A stretch of 64,000 nucleotides of DNA from Squalus acanthias (Eukaryota), in the NCBI GenBank assembly GCA_030390025.1, contig CM059432.1, positions 93,498,001 to 93,562,000 of the forward strand. The letters run 5' to 3'. The translations under genes and the position numbers were made by a program. Positions 23,153-35,964 of the stretch are shown here, in pieces. Positions within the stretch are counted from its first letter, which is position 1. Each line of letters begins with the position of its first letter. The notes beneath the pieces were generated by a model that did not search any database, was not told the DNA's origin, and saw nothing but the letters and a program-made list of their open reading frames with translations.

Positions 23153-25890
23153 ATGGCGTCACAGTGCCACGCCCGGGCCAAGGATGACTACTCGGCACTC
23201 CTGGCCGAATTCCCGGCCCTTACCAATCCGACCTTCTCCGCGGAGGCCGCCAAACACGGGGTGGAACACTTCATCCCCACCACAGGCCCCCCAGTGTACA
23301 CCCACACCCGCAGGCTGGACCCGGCCAAACTGGAGATCGCGCGGACCGAGTTTGCCACCATGGAACAGCTCAGCATCATCCGCCGCTCCAACAGTCCCTG
23401 GGCCTCCCCACTCCACATCGCCCCCAAACCAGGCAGAGGTTGGCGCCCTGCGGGGATTACCGCCGCCTCAATGACGCCACCACCCCTGATCGGTACCCCG
23501 TGCCGCACATTCAGGACTTCTCGGCTAGACTGGCCGGCCGCTCAGTCTTTTCCAAGTTCGACCTGGTGCGCGGCTACCACCAAGTCCCCGTCCACCCCGC
23601 GGACGTCCTCAAGACGGCCGTAATCACCCCCTTCGGCCTGTTCGAGTTCCTGCGGATGCCCTTCGGCCTCAAAAACGCGGCCCAGGCATTCCAACGGCTC
23701 ATGGACTCGGTCCTTCGGGACCTGAAGTTCCTGTTCGTCTACCTGGACGACATCCTGGTAGCCAGTTCCTCCAAGCAGGAACACCTCGAACACCTTCGCA
23801 TCCTGTTCGGGCGCCTCAGCGACCACGGGCTCATCCTCAGCCCAGCCAAATGCCAGTTCGGCCTGGACAAGATCGACTTCCTCGGCCACCACATCACCCA
23901 TGCTGGGGCCATTCCCCTGCCCACCAAGGTGCAGGCCGTCCAACAATTTCCCCGCCCCACCACCATCAAAGGCCTCCAGGAGTTCCTCGGGATGGTGAAT
24001 TTCTATAACCGCTTCATCCCCAAAGCAGCGTCCCTCATGAGGCCCCTGTATGAAGCCCTCCGGGGCAGGAGCGGCAAGATGGCGGTCGAATGGACGGCAG
24101 ACGCGTCCGCCGCCTTCGATTCCACCAAGACCGCGCTCGCCAACGCCACCCTGCTCGCGCACCCACGACCCAATGCCAGGGTAGCGCTCACCACGGACGC
24201 CTCCGACCACGCGGTCGGCGCCGTGTATGAGCAGTGGGTCGATGGCGCCTGGCAACCACTTGCCTTCTTCAGCCGCCAACTACGCCCCCCGGAGGTCAAG
24301 TACAGCACCTTCGACCGCGAGCTCCTCGCGCTGTTCCTGGCGGTCCGCCATTTCCGGTTTTTGCTTGAGGGCCACCCCTTCACTGCGTTTGTCGACCACA
24401 AGCCCCTGACATTCGCAATGGCAAAGACAACCGACCCCTGGTCCGCCAGGCAGCAGCGCCAGCTCGCAGCAGTGTCCGAGTTCACCACGGACATCCAACA
24501 CGTCTCCGGCCGAGACAATGTGGTAGCCGACTGCCTCTCCCGCCCCGCCATCCACGCTGCACAGCTAGCAGTCGACTACGCTCAACTCGCAGCAGACCAG
24601 ATCACCGACCCGGATCTGCTCTCCGCACCCACCAACCTACCAGGGCTACGCCTGGCCGATGTTGCCTGTGGCCCGACCGCAGTCACGGTCAAGTGCGACA
24701 TATCCCTATGTCAACCTCGGCCCATCGTCCCAGCATCCTGGCGCCGCCGGGTATTTGACATTCTCCACAACCTCTCCCACCCCGGCGCCCGCGCATCCAT
24801 CAAATTGGTAGCCAACCGCTTCGTCTGGCGCGGCCTTCGCAAGGATGTGCGTACTTGGGCCAACTCCTGCCTAGCCTGCCAACGGGCCAAGGTACAGCAA
24901 CACACGAAAGCACCCCTCGAGGAGTTTACCGTCCCCTCGCGGAGATTCGACCACATCCACGTGGACATCGTCGGGCCCCTGCTGCCGTCGCAAGGCCACA
25001 CGCACTTGCTGACCATCGTTGACCGCACCACACGCTGGCCTGAGGCAATTCCACTGACCTCTACCACCACCGCCGACATCGCCAGAGCCTTCGTCAGCAC
25101 CTGGATCGCACGATTCGGCGTCCCCTCCGACATGACGTCGGACAGAGGTCCGCAATTTACCTCTGAACTCTGGACCGCCGTCGCACGCAATCTCGGGGTG
25201 ACCAGTCACCGCACCACAGCGTACCACCCCCAAGCCAACGGACTGTGTGAGCGGTTCCACAGATCCTTGAAGGCATCTCTTCGAGCCAGCCTCCAAGACG
25301 GCGCCTGGACCGACCGACTTCCGTGGGTCCTCCTCGGCCTGCGCACCGCGGTTAAAGAAGACCTCCACGCATCGGCAGCAGAGCTCGTGTACGGTCAGCC
25401 GCTGCGCGTACCCGGCGAGTTCCTGCCCACCGCCACGACACCCTGGTCAGCCGCCCAGCAACGCCACGACTTCGCCTCACCGGCACTGCAGTTCGCCCCG
25501 GTGTCCATTGCCCGACACGGCGAATCCACCTCACACGTCCCACTAAGCCTGCACCAGGCACGGTTTGTTTTCGTCCGGCACGACGCCCACCACAGACCCC
25601 TTCAACCCCCATACGACGGGCCCTACAAGGTGCTACAGGCTGGGGACAAATTTTTCACCCTGCAAGTGGGCGACAGGACCGAAAAAGTTTCGGTTGACCG
25701 ACTCAAGCCAGCACACTCGGAGCCCGGTGAGCAGGTCCCTGTAGCTCGTCCACCTCCACGCGGCCGACCTGCCCTCAAGCCGGTTCACCCGGCTGCTCCA
25801 CGCCCGGCCGTTCCACGTCCACCGGCGTCCTACAAGAGCCGCTCCGGCCGGGCCAGCAGACCGCCGCACCGTCTCGTCCACACCTCCTAA
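23153..25890 (+). pseudogene. pol: pol: RT, RNase H, integrase; one frameshift near 23447
   Basis: SNSPWASP...GWRP / [18 protein letters not shown] RNase H; H-X3-H...C-X2-C zinc finger; D,D,E integrase; GPY module. 816-aa open frame 23440-25890. Confidence 0.95.
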
Positions 25891-25910
25891 GCAGATTCTG
25901 GGGGGAGCTG

Positions 25911-26148
25911 TGTGGCGGATCGCCACCTAAAACGGGCATAATCCACTCTTCCGTCTGTGGACAAATTTCCAGCACCTTCCCTTTAAGGCACCTTACCTTT
26001 AAGGAGAAGGGGGCGGGGCCTCAGGTTTTACCCAGAGAATTCTGGGAGCTTTTTCAGTCTGCCATTTTGTACCATGCTGTGATTAAAAAGTCTCTTGTTT
26101 AACACAAATGGATTCAGCCCTAATTCGTGTTTCGCGGCAGCCTCAACA
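25911..26148 (+). repeat. 3' LTR
   Basis: Reads identical to the 5' LTR; preceded by a polypurine tract and followed by TSD ctat. Confidence 0.97.
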
Positions 26149-26374
26149 CTATCGAAATTGCCACTCAGCCAACAATCCATCTCCACAAAGTGGTATTAAT
26201 TCAATTGTCTGCAGATTACTTATTGTACATTTATTGTGCCAGTTTCAAATTCTGACTGGCTTCAAAGTTTCTTGGGATGACATGAACAACCTGGGAACCA
26301 ACCAAACAGACTGCAGCATCTTTTCCAGTCTTGTTCTTTTCTATTTTCCCACATGACTCGATTGTACAGACAAT

Positions 26375-27074
26375 GGCTCACAAATTGCTGGAAAAATAAT
26401 GGCGAGTTCACGATGGCCACCATTATTAGTGCTAAAAAAACAGCAATTTGTGGCGAGGAAGAGATACGCCGTAAGTTGCGAATTGCCACAAATTGTTGTA
26501 CGATTTGCGCCACTCCGCTGTTAGCCTCGAAAAATGGGAGCTCGCTGTCAAATTGCCGGATTTGTGCAGTAAATACAAATAACTCTCACCATAGCCATTT
26601 AGGGCTGGTATTTTATGTCGTAAAGACCCTTTTATTGACATGATTTATGGTCCTGACATGAAACACAACCTTGGAGGCCCAGAAAGGGAACAATTGAAAC
26701 TGTGGAGTTTCACTCCTGCAGGTAGTAAATTGTTCCTAGAGGTTTTCCTAAATTTAAATTTTTTTTTTACTTTTCCTTTGTCTCTTTTTTCACTCTCGCT
26801 TAATCCAATTTTCCTTTCCCTCTCTGTATCTAATTTGACACTAATTCACCTAATTTCCTTCACCACTGTTCGCTCTGTTTCTTTCTCTATCTTAAAATTT
26901 CATTGGTTAGGGAGATAGACCATTGGACCAGATATTCACGGGGTCCCAGATGCACTGTTATCAATTCGCATTTCCAGCAACTTGTGGCGTAAAAATATGA
27001 TCTGAAGGGCGAGGTAAAAAAATCAAATTCACATCGCTCGCTGTGAGATGTGTCGCTCCAGCACTTTCTGGGCT
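26375..27074. mobile_element. Harbinger-type MITE, family C
   Basis: Imperfect TIR ggctcacaaattgctgg / ccagcactttctgggct; homologous along its length to 31861-32548. Confidence 0.7.
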
Positions 27075-27176
27075 ATTGAGCAGGTGTGAAAACAGAAGCA
27101 ACAATGTATCCCAGCATGAATCACTGCCTTTAGGAACAGAGGGGAGAGAATATAATGGGGAAGGGGTGGGGGTGTG

Positions 27177-27213
<37 letters not shown>

Positions 27214-27496
27214 AAAATAAAATGATAGCAAGGAAAAGCCAAGATCTTATTTATTTCAGTCTTCCATTTGCTTCAGCAAGGAGCAGAAAGCAGAATGCAA
27301 AACATAAACAAATTTGGATTTGTATGGTAGCAGAGCCAACAATCCCATGTTTTTAGGATCATTGGTATTGTAATCTGGAAAATAAAACACTGAAACAGCA
27401 GCAATTTCATTTATTGTTTGTGAACCAGCATGTGGGGGTCCAAGTTTTTTTTTTAGTTAAAAAGGGTCACTTTGGGTCAGATTGGCAAAACATAAT

Positions 27497-28327
27497 GGCC
27501 TGCATTTTGTGGTCAGCGGCAAAGGGAGGGCGCTCACTGCTGACCTTGAAGAAAGCTGTCCACAAAGATTTAGTGGGCTCTGTGGCGTCGATTTCCCCTA
27601 TTATGTCGTCAATTTCATTCTGGCGCCATCTATAGGGGATCTCTGACATCCAGGAACAGTGAAGTCAGCAAGCCGTCTGAGCAGCAAATCAAACTGAAGA
27701 ATTCTCACAGGCAGCAAGGCGGAGCAGGCTCGAGGGGCTGTATGGCCTACTCCTGCTCCTATTTCTTATGTTCTTATGTTCAAACCAGGAAGTAAAAAGC
27801 ACTGATTATCTTAACATTGAAATCATTTTACAGAGAGAGAAATAAAGATTGGGACATACACATGGGATTAAGGTATCATAAACAAACTTTAAAGAAAAAA
27901 ATCATTGTTATTATTCTAAAAATCTATGGAATTTTTTTATCATGGAATGGAGGGAATGTGACTCCAGAATTCCTAAATTCGTTTTTCAGGGCCAGAGAGG
28001 TTTTTCAGAAGTAATTATGACTTAGTACCCCATTAAAAACTCAGTTACACCTCATTCAACAAGGCTTAACTTTTTCAATGATTTTTACAGCGAGAATAGC
28101 ACGTAAAAAGTTGGAAGTTCACGTCAAATCGGAGATTCTGCGCTAAATGCATCTGCGAAGACTGCAACAGTGCACCCTGTGGAGGAGCAGGGTATCACTG
28201 ACAGCAACTTCTGGATTGCTGTGTTTAACTGCGTGTGTGCGGACACCAGAAGTTGCTGTCAGTTTCACACAGTAATGACGGCGAACACTGACAGTTTCGC
28301 CGTCATTATAACCGCAAATTCCGGGCC
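27497..28327. mobile_element. Harbinger-type MITE, family D, with a CR1 tail inserted at about 27718-27780
   Basis: TIR ggcctgcattttgtggt / accgcaaattccgggcc; possible TAA TSD if each end extends 1 nt; subterminal hairpins. Confidence 0.65.
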
Positions 28328-28599
28328 ATAATCAATACCACAGTTAAAGCCAAAATATTAGTTTGTACATTCTGTACCTTACTTGAATACTGCACACAAT
28401 AATCTTTTCCACATTAACAGTGAACATTAATGTGGAAAAAAAGTACATGTTCTTCCAGTATGCTTCACAGAATGGAAATATCACGTTAGACCAATTCTAG
28501 TACGGTGTAGCTGCATTCTAATGACTTAGGTAGGTCCCAAGAATGGCACCTGCTAGCAAGCATTACAGCTGTACATCATTCTAATTAGAACTGATCGAC

Positions 28600-29310
28600 A
28601 TTGTTACTTAAACCTGTCCCTTCTGAAGCTTACAGAAGCCTTTATTAAACCTTAATAAGACCTCAGTTAGATTAGTGTGTGCAGTATTGGGCTCCACACT
28701 ATAGGAAGGGTATTGAGACTTTTGAGAGGGTGCAACACATTCAGTAGGATGCTGCCTATTATGAGGAAATACAAATACAAAGAAAGAACAATGCATATTA
28801 CAGAGCGATATGATAGAAGTGTATAAAATTATGAAAGGATGGGACAGGGTGGATAGAAGCAGACTGTTTCCAGTAGTTATAAAAGAAAGAATTGCATTTA
28901 TTGTCTTTCACGACCTCAGGACGTCCCAAAGCGTTTTACAGCCAATGAAGTACTTTTTGAAGTGTAATCATTGTTGTAATGTAGGAAACACGGCAGCCAA
29001 TTTGCGCACAGCAGCTCCCACAAACAGCAATGTGATAATGACCGGATAATCTGTTTTTTTGTGATGCTGAGTGAGGGATAAATATTGACCAGTGTCAAGG
29101 ACGAGGGGCCATACATACAAGATTAAATGTAAGAGATTTAGAACAGAGAGGCAGAGAAACCTATTTTCAGAGAGAGTTGTGAGGCTATTGAATTCACTTG
29201 CAGGGTTAATGGTTTGGGCAAAAACCATGTTAACGTTCAAGATTAGTTTAGATAGGTGGAAGAAGAAAAAGGTGCTGAAGGGGATATGGGAACAGTGTGG
29301 GTAAATGTGA
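28600..29310 (+). mobile_element. Decayed CR1 3' fragment interrupted by a DeuSINE 3' fragment (28882-29090, -)
   Basis: MIEVYKIMKGWDRVDRSRLFP then SRTRGHTYKIKCKRFRTERQRNLFSERVVRLLNSL; the insert matches 13480-13685. Confidence 0.75.
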
Positions 29311-29321
29311 TTAGAACTATT

Positions 29322-29684
29322 AGGTGGCTCAGTGGTAGTACTTTCGCCCAAGTTAGAAGGTCATGGGATCAAGTCCCACTACAGAGGCTTGAGCATATAT
29401 TCCAGGCTAACACTTCAGTGCAGTACTGAAGGAACGCTGCGCTGCCAGAGGTGCCGTCTTTTGGATGAGAAATTAAATCGAGGTCCTGTCTACCCTCACA
29501 GGTCGATTCAAAAGATCCCATGGCACTATTCGAAGTAGAACAGGGGAGTCTTCCCAGTGTCCTGGCCAACATTTATCCCTTCAATAAACACCACTAAAGA
29601 ACAGATGATGTTGTGTACAAATTAGCTCCCACGTTTTGCCATATTAGTGACTACACTTCAAAAGTACTTCATTAGCTTTAAAAC
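29322..29684 (+). mobile_element. DeuSINE copy with internal deletion
   Basis: A box tggctcagtgg, B-box-like ggatcaagtcc, Deu-domain-like ggtgccgtcttttggatgag...aaagatcccatggcac. Confidence 0.75.
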
Positions 29685-31860
29685 AACATGTTTCCATGTT
29701 GTAACTTCTATGTATTTGTTATTATTACTCTCTGGTACTCAGATATAGATAAAGTACTTTAAAAAGTACATACAGATAAGATAAGCCATTTGGTCTATTC
29801 AGCCATTAAGTTTACCACAATATCTAACTTCCTTTTGGATGATTACCCCAGCAGAAATTGTGGAGGGGTTGGGGGCGGGAGCCAATCCTGGAAAGGATCG
29901 AGCACCGACTGGCAAAAGGCTACAGTATTTTTGAGAAGCCGTTAGGAGCACTCCCGCTCCTCCTGGCCACACAATGAGGTTTGTGGCCCTTTGTCCTTTT
30001 AAGGACCACTGGTTAGGCCGCTCACTGCCTGGTACAAATGAGCAGAGTGTGCATGCTCTGCTCATTTGCATTTAAAAATTGCAATTGGGTCTTACATCAG
30101 AGGTTTGTTTCCTTTCCAGTTTTGTCCCCTAATATCCTGAAGGTATTGTACTCTTGCAGGAGTAGGCTCCATAATTGTTGCAGCTCTCTGGTAGCTTATC
30201 AAAGGTACACAAGTCTAATGACGATTAGGATTATCCTTACGTACGGATGCATTCTTGGGGCACTAATTTAAAATAAAACACTTGGGCGTTCCCATAATTG
30301 TTTTCAATGATCAGATCAGATGCAAGGTCAGTGGCCCCAGTCCCTCTTTTGTGGCTTCTACTCGTGGGAACCACATCTGCGTTCCCCATTTTAGTTTGCA
30401 CATCCATAAACGTGCACAGTAATGTTCATGTTTCTCCACCCCCTTAAAATGTTCCACTCAGCCACGACCATGCTCATTCCCCATACTTCTTCACATTCCC
30501 AGTGCCCCTTCACTTTCTGCTGTGCATATTTCAGCAGCTTTCATACCACTTCTTCACACACGTGTCATCTCTAAACCAGTAAATGTTGGCTATAATCTTG
30601 CCGAGTACCTTGGGCATTAAAAAAGATGAGATAGAAACTTAGTTCATTTGTAAAGGAACATGCATTAGTAAGAGAGAGATTGGGTGACACACAGAAGAGA
30701 AAGGAGACACAAGGAAGAAGACTGAGAAACAATGAGGGAAACAAAAACAGAGATAGACACCACAATGAGAAAAGTAAGCCACAGCTGTATAGTGAGGAAA
30801 AGTGTAGAAGCCATAGAAAAAGCAACAAAGAGTAGGCAAGAATGAGACAACTGCAGGATGAGATTTTTTTCCTTATTTTCCAATGTCACAGAGATCAACT
30901 AGTTTCAGATTTTAACACTTGTGTTCAATGTAAACAATATTTTTATAAGCATGTTAATGTAAATTTTGATTTTATAGAAGCAAACTCGTCAGGCTTACAA
31001 TTTCTCAATCCACTATTGAAAACAAGGGGCGAAAACTCATCACTTGCACAACTGATTCACTGGCAACTCAATAGCCTGGAATTTCATGTTCAGCTGTAGC
31101 AAAAACAAGGTCAAATTTGTGATTGTGCATTCTCCCATTCTTGCCACATATTGATTTTTTCTGAGGGAAAAAAAGTTGAAAGTTAATGATTTTCTGTTTG
31201 CTTCACAATATCCTGATTCTTTCTTGGTTGTGTGCTGTGCCGAAGGCTCCCATCTCAACATTTCTCATTAAAGACAAGACAATCAGGCTCTCTTTAAACC
31301 AGATGGTTAAAGCTGTTCAATCCATCAACGAGAATCTAATCTTGAAGCAGAAGGACCTCACCAAGGAGTTTAATCTTGGTCAATTTTGAAAAATAAAGAA
31401 AACATGGAACAAACGAAAGGGATGCACGTAAAGTTTCCTCCTATTCAAGCACCCCTGCCCAGCCAAAGTGAGAGGCCTGGGATATGCTGGTCAAAATCAG
31501 AATTAGAGAACCTGAGGAATTAAATATTGCCTTTTTTGGTATATTTACCATCAGACAAAACCAGTACTAAGGAATATTTCCGTAACAGAATTACAAATTA
31601 TATACTTTAAATAATATGGCAACACTGTTATGTAGAATTTCCTTAAGAAAGCCGCTTGGTAATTTTTCCTGGCCGTTATATTGGCCAAATCTACGCAGCT
31701 CCTTCACTGGAAGGCAGAGTGGACAGCTCGATTCTGGGTCAATCATTTTATAGAAGCATCTAAGGACCAGGATTTGTTTTTTCCTTCCACCCACTACCCA
31801 TAGAAGAGAGTAGCTTCTGTAGCAATGCAATTAGGAACTTTTATTTATGCAAGAAATATT

Positions 31861-32548
31861 GACCCAGATTTTGCAGCCAAAATAATGGCAAGTTTAACAG
31901 CTCTTCCCATTAACATGTAAATCGGGCAGCAACTTGTGGAGAGGAAGAAATGCCCCATGAATTGTGAATTTCTACAAGTTGCTGGATGATTTACGCCACT
32001 CCAGTGTTAGCCTCACCAAAACAGCAGCTCGCCCTCAACCTCCCCACAAATTTCATGAAATTGCTGCATTTGCACATAAATTGATAATTAAACTCGCTGC
32101 AGAAATTTAGGAATGGAACTTAACAGCACAAGTACCATTTTAATGATGAGATTTATGTTCCTGCAATGCCACTCAACCTCTCTGGCCCAGAAAGGGAACA
32201 ATTTAAACCGTGAAGTCTCATTCCTACAGGTAGTAACTGTTGTTACAGATTTTAAATGTTTTTTTTAAACTTTTCCTTTTTTATTCCCTCTCTCTCTTAA
32301 TCCAATCTTTCTTTATTTCTCTTTCTGTACCTGATTTGACTCTAATTCACCCTCCTTCTCCGTTGTTCCTGTTTCTTTCTCAATCCTTAAATCTCATTGG
32401 TTAAGGAGATACACTGTTGGTCCTGCCATTCACTGAGGTCCCAGATGCCCTCGCTCGCATTTCCAGCAAGTTACGGCGCAAACATTTTTTGGAGCTGAAG
32501 GGTGCAGGACAAAGCCGTGAGATGCCCCATTCCAGCAAGATTTGAGCC
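31861..32548. mobile_element. Harbinger-type MITE, family C
   Basis: Imperfect TIR gacccagattttgc / gcaagatttgagcc; TSD att on both sides. Confidence 0.75.
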
Positions 32549-33793
32549 ATTGACCCATGTAAAATTCATAGTAAAAAAAAATACAATAGACATTTTATGA
32601 TTTAATGAAGCATGAAGCAGGACAGAATTCTGCTTGTGGCACAATGTGACTAGAGCATTCTTTTAACTTTTCTAGAGTGGGATAGGGTTCAACCTAACTC
32701 ACAGCTGGAGCTCCTGCTGGAACTCTGCTGTAGTCTGAAATAATTTTACAGTTTGACTCAATTATTCATGGAAAGATTATTCCTTCAGAATTCTAAAACC
32801 ACACAGATCACTTTGAAACTGCCGTTGCAAAGAGTGTAAACATGATTCCCATTATTGAAAGTAGTATGGTTCCACTACAAGACGATCATTTTCTTTCATC
32901 TGAGCTCTCATATTGTCATTCTCAAAATGCCATTAGCTTCTGTATGATCTATAGCTCACCAGTTAACTTATATTTGTAATTAATGTACTCAGCATGCATT
33001 CCACGCCCAGTAAATTAGCAAATAGAGACAGCTGCATAATAAACAGGCTCTGCTATGCCTGCGTGACAGGTCTACAAATTAACTTGTTCCGATAATGGGT
33101 CAAAGATCCACACTTCAATTGCAATCTAGCCTACACACACACAAAAAAATTCTGCTTCATTGCAATTCACAATTTTACATGCACACATCACAAGTTATCT
33201 TCTATGAACCATAATAATGATTACAATATACAACATTTCTGAATGTTCATTATGTTTCAACGGTAACAGGATTCTAAAAATATAGTTTCAAAATGTTAAC
33301 GGTAAATCTGCAGTAAAAGATGCTAGTAGTAATGCAGGGAGAATGGGAATTAAGGAGCATAAAATCAAATGACACCATGAATTTGTAAAATATACACAGC
33401 AATTAAAATCAATAGAATTAGGTTCCAATTTAGCTATTTATTCTTTATTTTAAATTCAAAACATTGTATGATGGTCCCAATTCATTGAGCAACAGTAACT
33501 GGGGAAAGGAGAGTTTAATTCCCTCACACTATGGCCTGCGATTTTCCGAGTGGAGGCGGGTTTGATGTTCAGCGGGTTCTGGTCCCGCTGCCACTTTAAG
33601 CCGCCCTGGAATTAAGATTTTTACTTAAGTGGCCTGATTAAGGCCACCGTGCGCACTACCCGGCCCAATCAGTGGGTTCGGGTCTGCTGCTCGCCTCTGC
33701 TGACCTCTGTCAGCCAGCTGCATTTAAGGGGCCCATGCAGCCTTGTTTTTCATCCATCCTTTCCTGCTGCTTCTCCGTGTACCACTTGTGAAA

Positions 33794-35713
33794 ATGACTG
33801 CTGCAAGACCCAAGGCATCTCCCAGATTTGATGACGACTCCCTCCATGCTCTTGTGGAGGGAGTGAGAGGACGCCAGGAGGTACTGTTCCCCTCAAACGG
33901 ACGGAGGAAGCCTCCTCAGCAAACCAAAGCAGCCTGACTGCAAATTGCTGAGGAGGTGAGCGCCAGGTCATTGTGTGGTCGCACATGGGTTCAGTGCAGG
34001 AAAAGGTTCAATGACCTGCTACGCACAGCAAAAACATCACACTTACCTTCAATCTGCTCCACATCTCCTCTCATCACCGGCACTCTGCATTGTCAACCTA
34101 CACCTGCACATCCCACTTTACCCTTACATCCCTTGCACCCTTAACCATCCCTCTCTCTCTATGTACAGAATCACTTCACCATTCTACTATGCACCCCTCA
34201 CACTCGCTATCACTGTAATGCAATGACAACAACTAACAACGCACAGGGAGGGCCCTTGGTACTGGCACCTCACTCCATCTTTGTCTCCCTCTAAGCATCC
34301 AAGCTATGAATTCTCTACACTCACTCCAACATCCTCACTCAAGCTCCATTTGTGTCCCTCATTGCAGGAAAAGAGAGCCCACAATAAGAGGGAGAGGGGT
34401 AGGACAGGAGGAGGGCCACCTTCCATTGCCCACTTGACCACCGCTGAGGAGACTGCTCTCGACATCGTCGGAGGTGCTGAGGATCTGGAAGTGGGGGACG
34501 GTCAGACGGGCACAGTAGAGCAAGCTGGTGACAGAATAGATTTGCAGCCCTCTCATTTAGATTGCATGAGTGGCTGATATGGCATCTGATGTTCATACAG
34601 ATTGAGTTCTGATCATCTGCACAAGTCGATGTGTCTGCTACGTTAATATCACATGTCTAACTCATGCCTTTACTCCCCCACAGGACCATCGAGAGGCCTC
34701 CTCCCCACTCTCCAGGAGGAGGAAGAGCCAGAAGACTCCTCAGAGGAAGCTGCAACCTCTGAGGGCGCAGTGTCAGCAGAATTCAGCGCACCCAGCAGCA
34801 GCACAGAGACGCACACCTCGGTGGGTCATTCGCGAGATAGAGTAGTGTTGTCACAGTGTATCACAGTGTATCACAGCTCACAAGTGAGCATCAGCAGATG
34901 GTGGAGACAGGGACAGCAGTGGAGAGTCCTCGTCGGAGGCCACAGGGCGCTCCTAGCTCTGCTCAGCTGCATGTAGACCCTGTGCCTCGAGGGCCATCCA
35001 GAAAGAGAGCGGTGCTGGAACTCCAGCAACAAGTGCAGGAGTCTCTTACAGGTTTTGCATCCAGGGTAACTGCGAGTGTGCAGAGAATGGAGGAGTCCAT
35101 CTCAAACATAAGCAATGCCATGTTGGAGGCAATGGCGCATGAACGTTCCACCATGGAAAGGGTGGCAACCGCCATGGAGGACATAAGTCGCCAGACTAAC
35201 GAAAACATGGTGACTCTTCAAAATAGATTGTCTGCTATGGAGGAGAGATGGGCATCTATTGAGGAGAGACACCAGAGCTTCATGGACGTCCTTGTTACGA
35301 GGACTGTCAGTACAGAGACGGGCCCTCATGGTCCCCCTGATGTGCAGCAAGGTGCTGTCCAGCCACTTGCTAGCACTGAAATGCGGCTGACCCATGAGAG
35401 GGATGTAGGTGGCAGGCAACAAGGAAGTGTGGACTCCTCTCCAAGTGCTCACACTCCCATGCCACTGCGGAGCCCTCGGTCAGAGCCCCACCAGATTCCT
35501 CACCCAACTGAGATGGGTGTCTCAGCCCCTGCACAGCCGCAGGAGGAGCAGACTATTGCCAAGCCCTCACAGGTTCGCAAACCCAGAGGACACCCGCCAA
35601 AGGTGTCGAAGCAGGAGCAGCATGAAAGTGAGCAAGGTGCCTCCACATCTGCTGAAGGCACAGGAGGAGCACCACATAGAAGGACGCATAAGAGAAAGTT
35701 AACACACAAATAG
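33794..35713 (+). pseudogene. Harbinger Myb/SANT-like protein gene, three exons, disrupted
   Basis: MTAARPKASPRFDDDSLHALVEGV...KAA*LQIAEEVSARSLCGRTWVQCRKRFNDL; exon 2 34368-34527 (ag...gt); exon 3 34684-35713 with coiled-coil-like region and a frameshift at a tcacagtgta tandem repeat near 34850. Confidence 0.85.
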
Positions 35714-35964
35714 TCACTTGGGTGTTTTGATGCAATACATATTTAAGATTATGATCGGCATTTCAATTGTAATAAAGAAATGCGATGGCAAACATTCAAA
35801 TAGTTGGCCTATGTGTGCCCAGAAATGGATGTGTCACAGTGAGGTGTCAGGGCGCCTTTCATCTGTAATGATGGTGGTGAGAGTGATGGGAACCCACAGT
35901 TTATTGTACAGATGTTGTACGGTGTGTTAAGAAGGTGGTAGCCACATGTGTTTGCTTCGTTAAC

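Larger units (their letters stand above)
21822..26148 (+). mobile_element. Ty3/Gypsy LTR retrotransposon, CsRn1 clade
   Basis: 238-bp TG...CA LTRs at 21822-22059 and 25911-26148; TSD ctat (21818-21821, 26149-26152); PBS; polypurine tract at 25900-25907; domain order gag-PR-RT-RH-IN. Confidence 0.97.
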
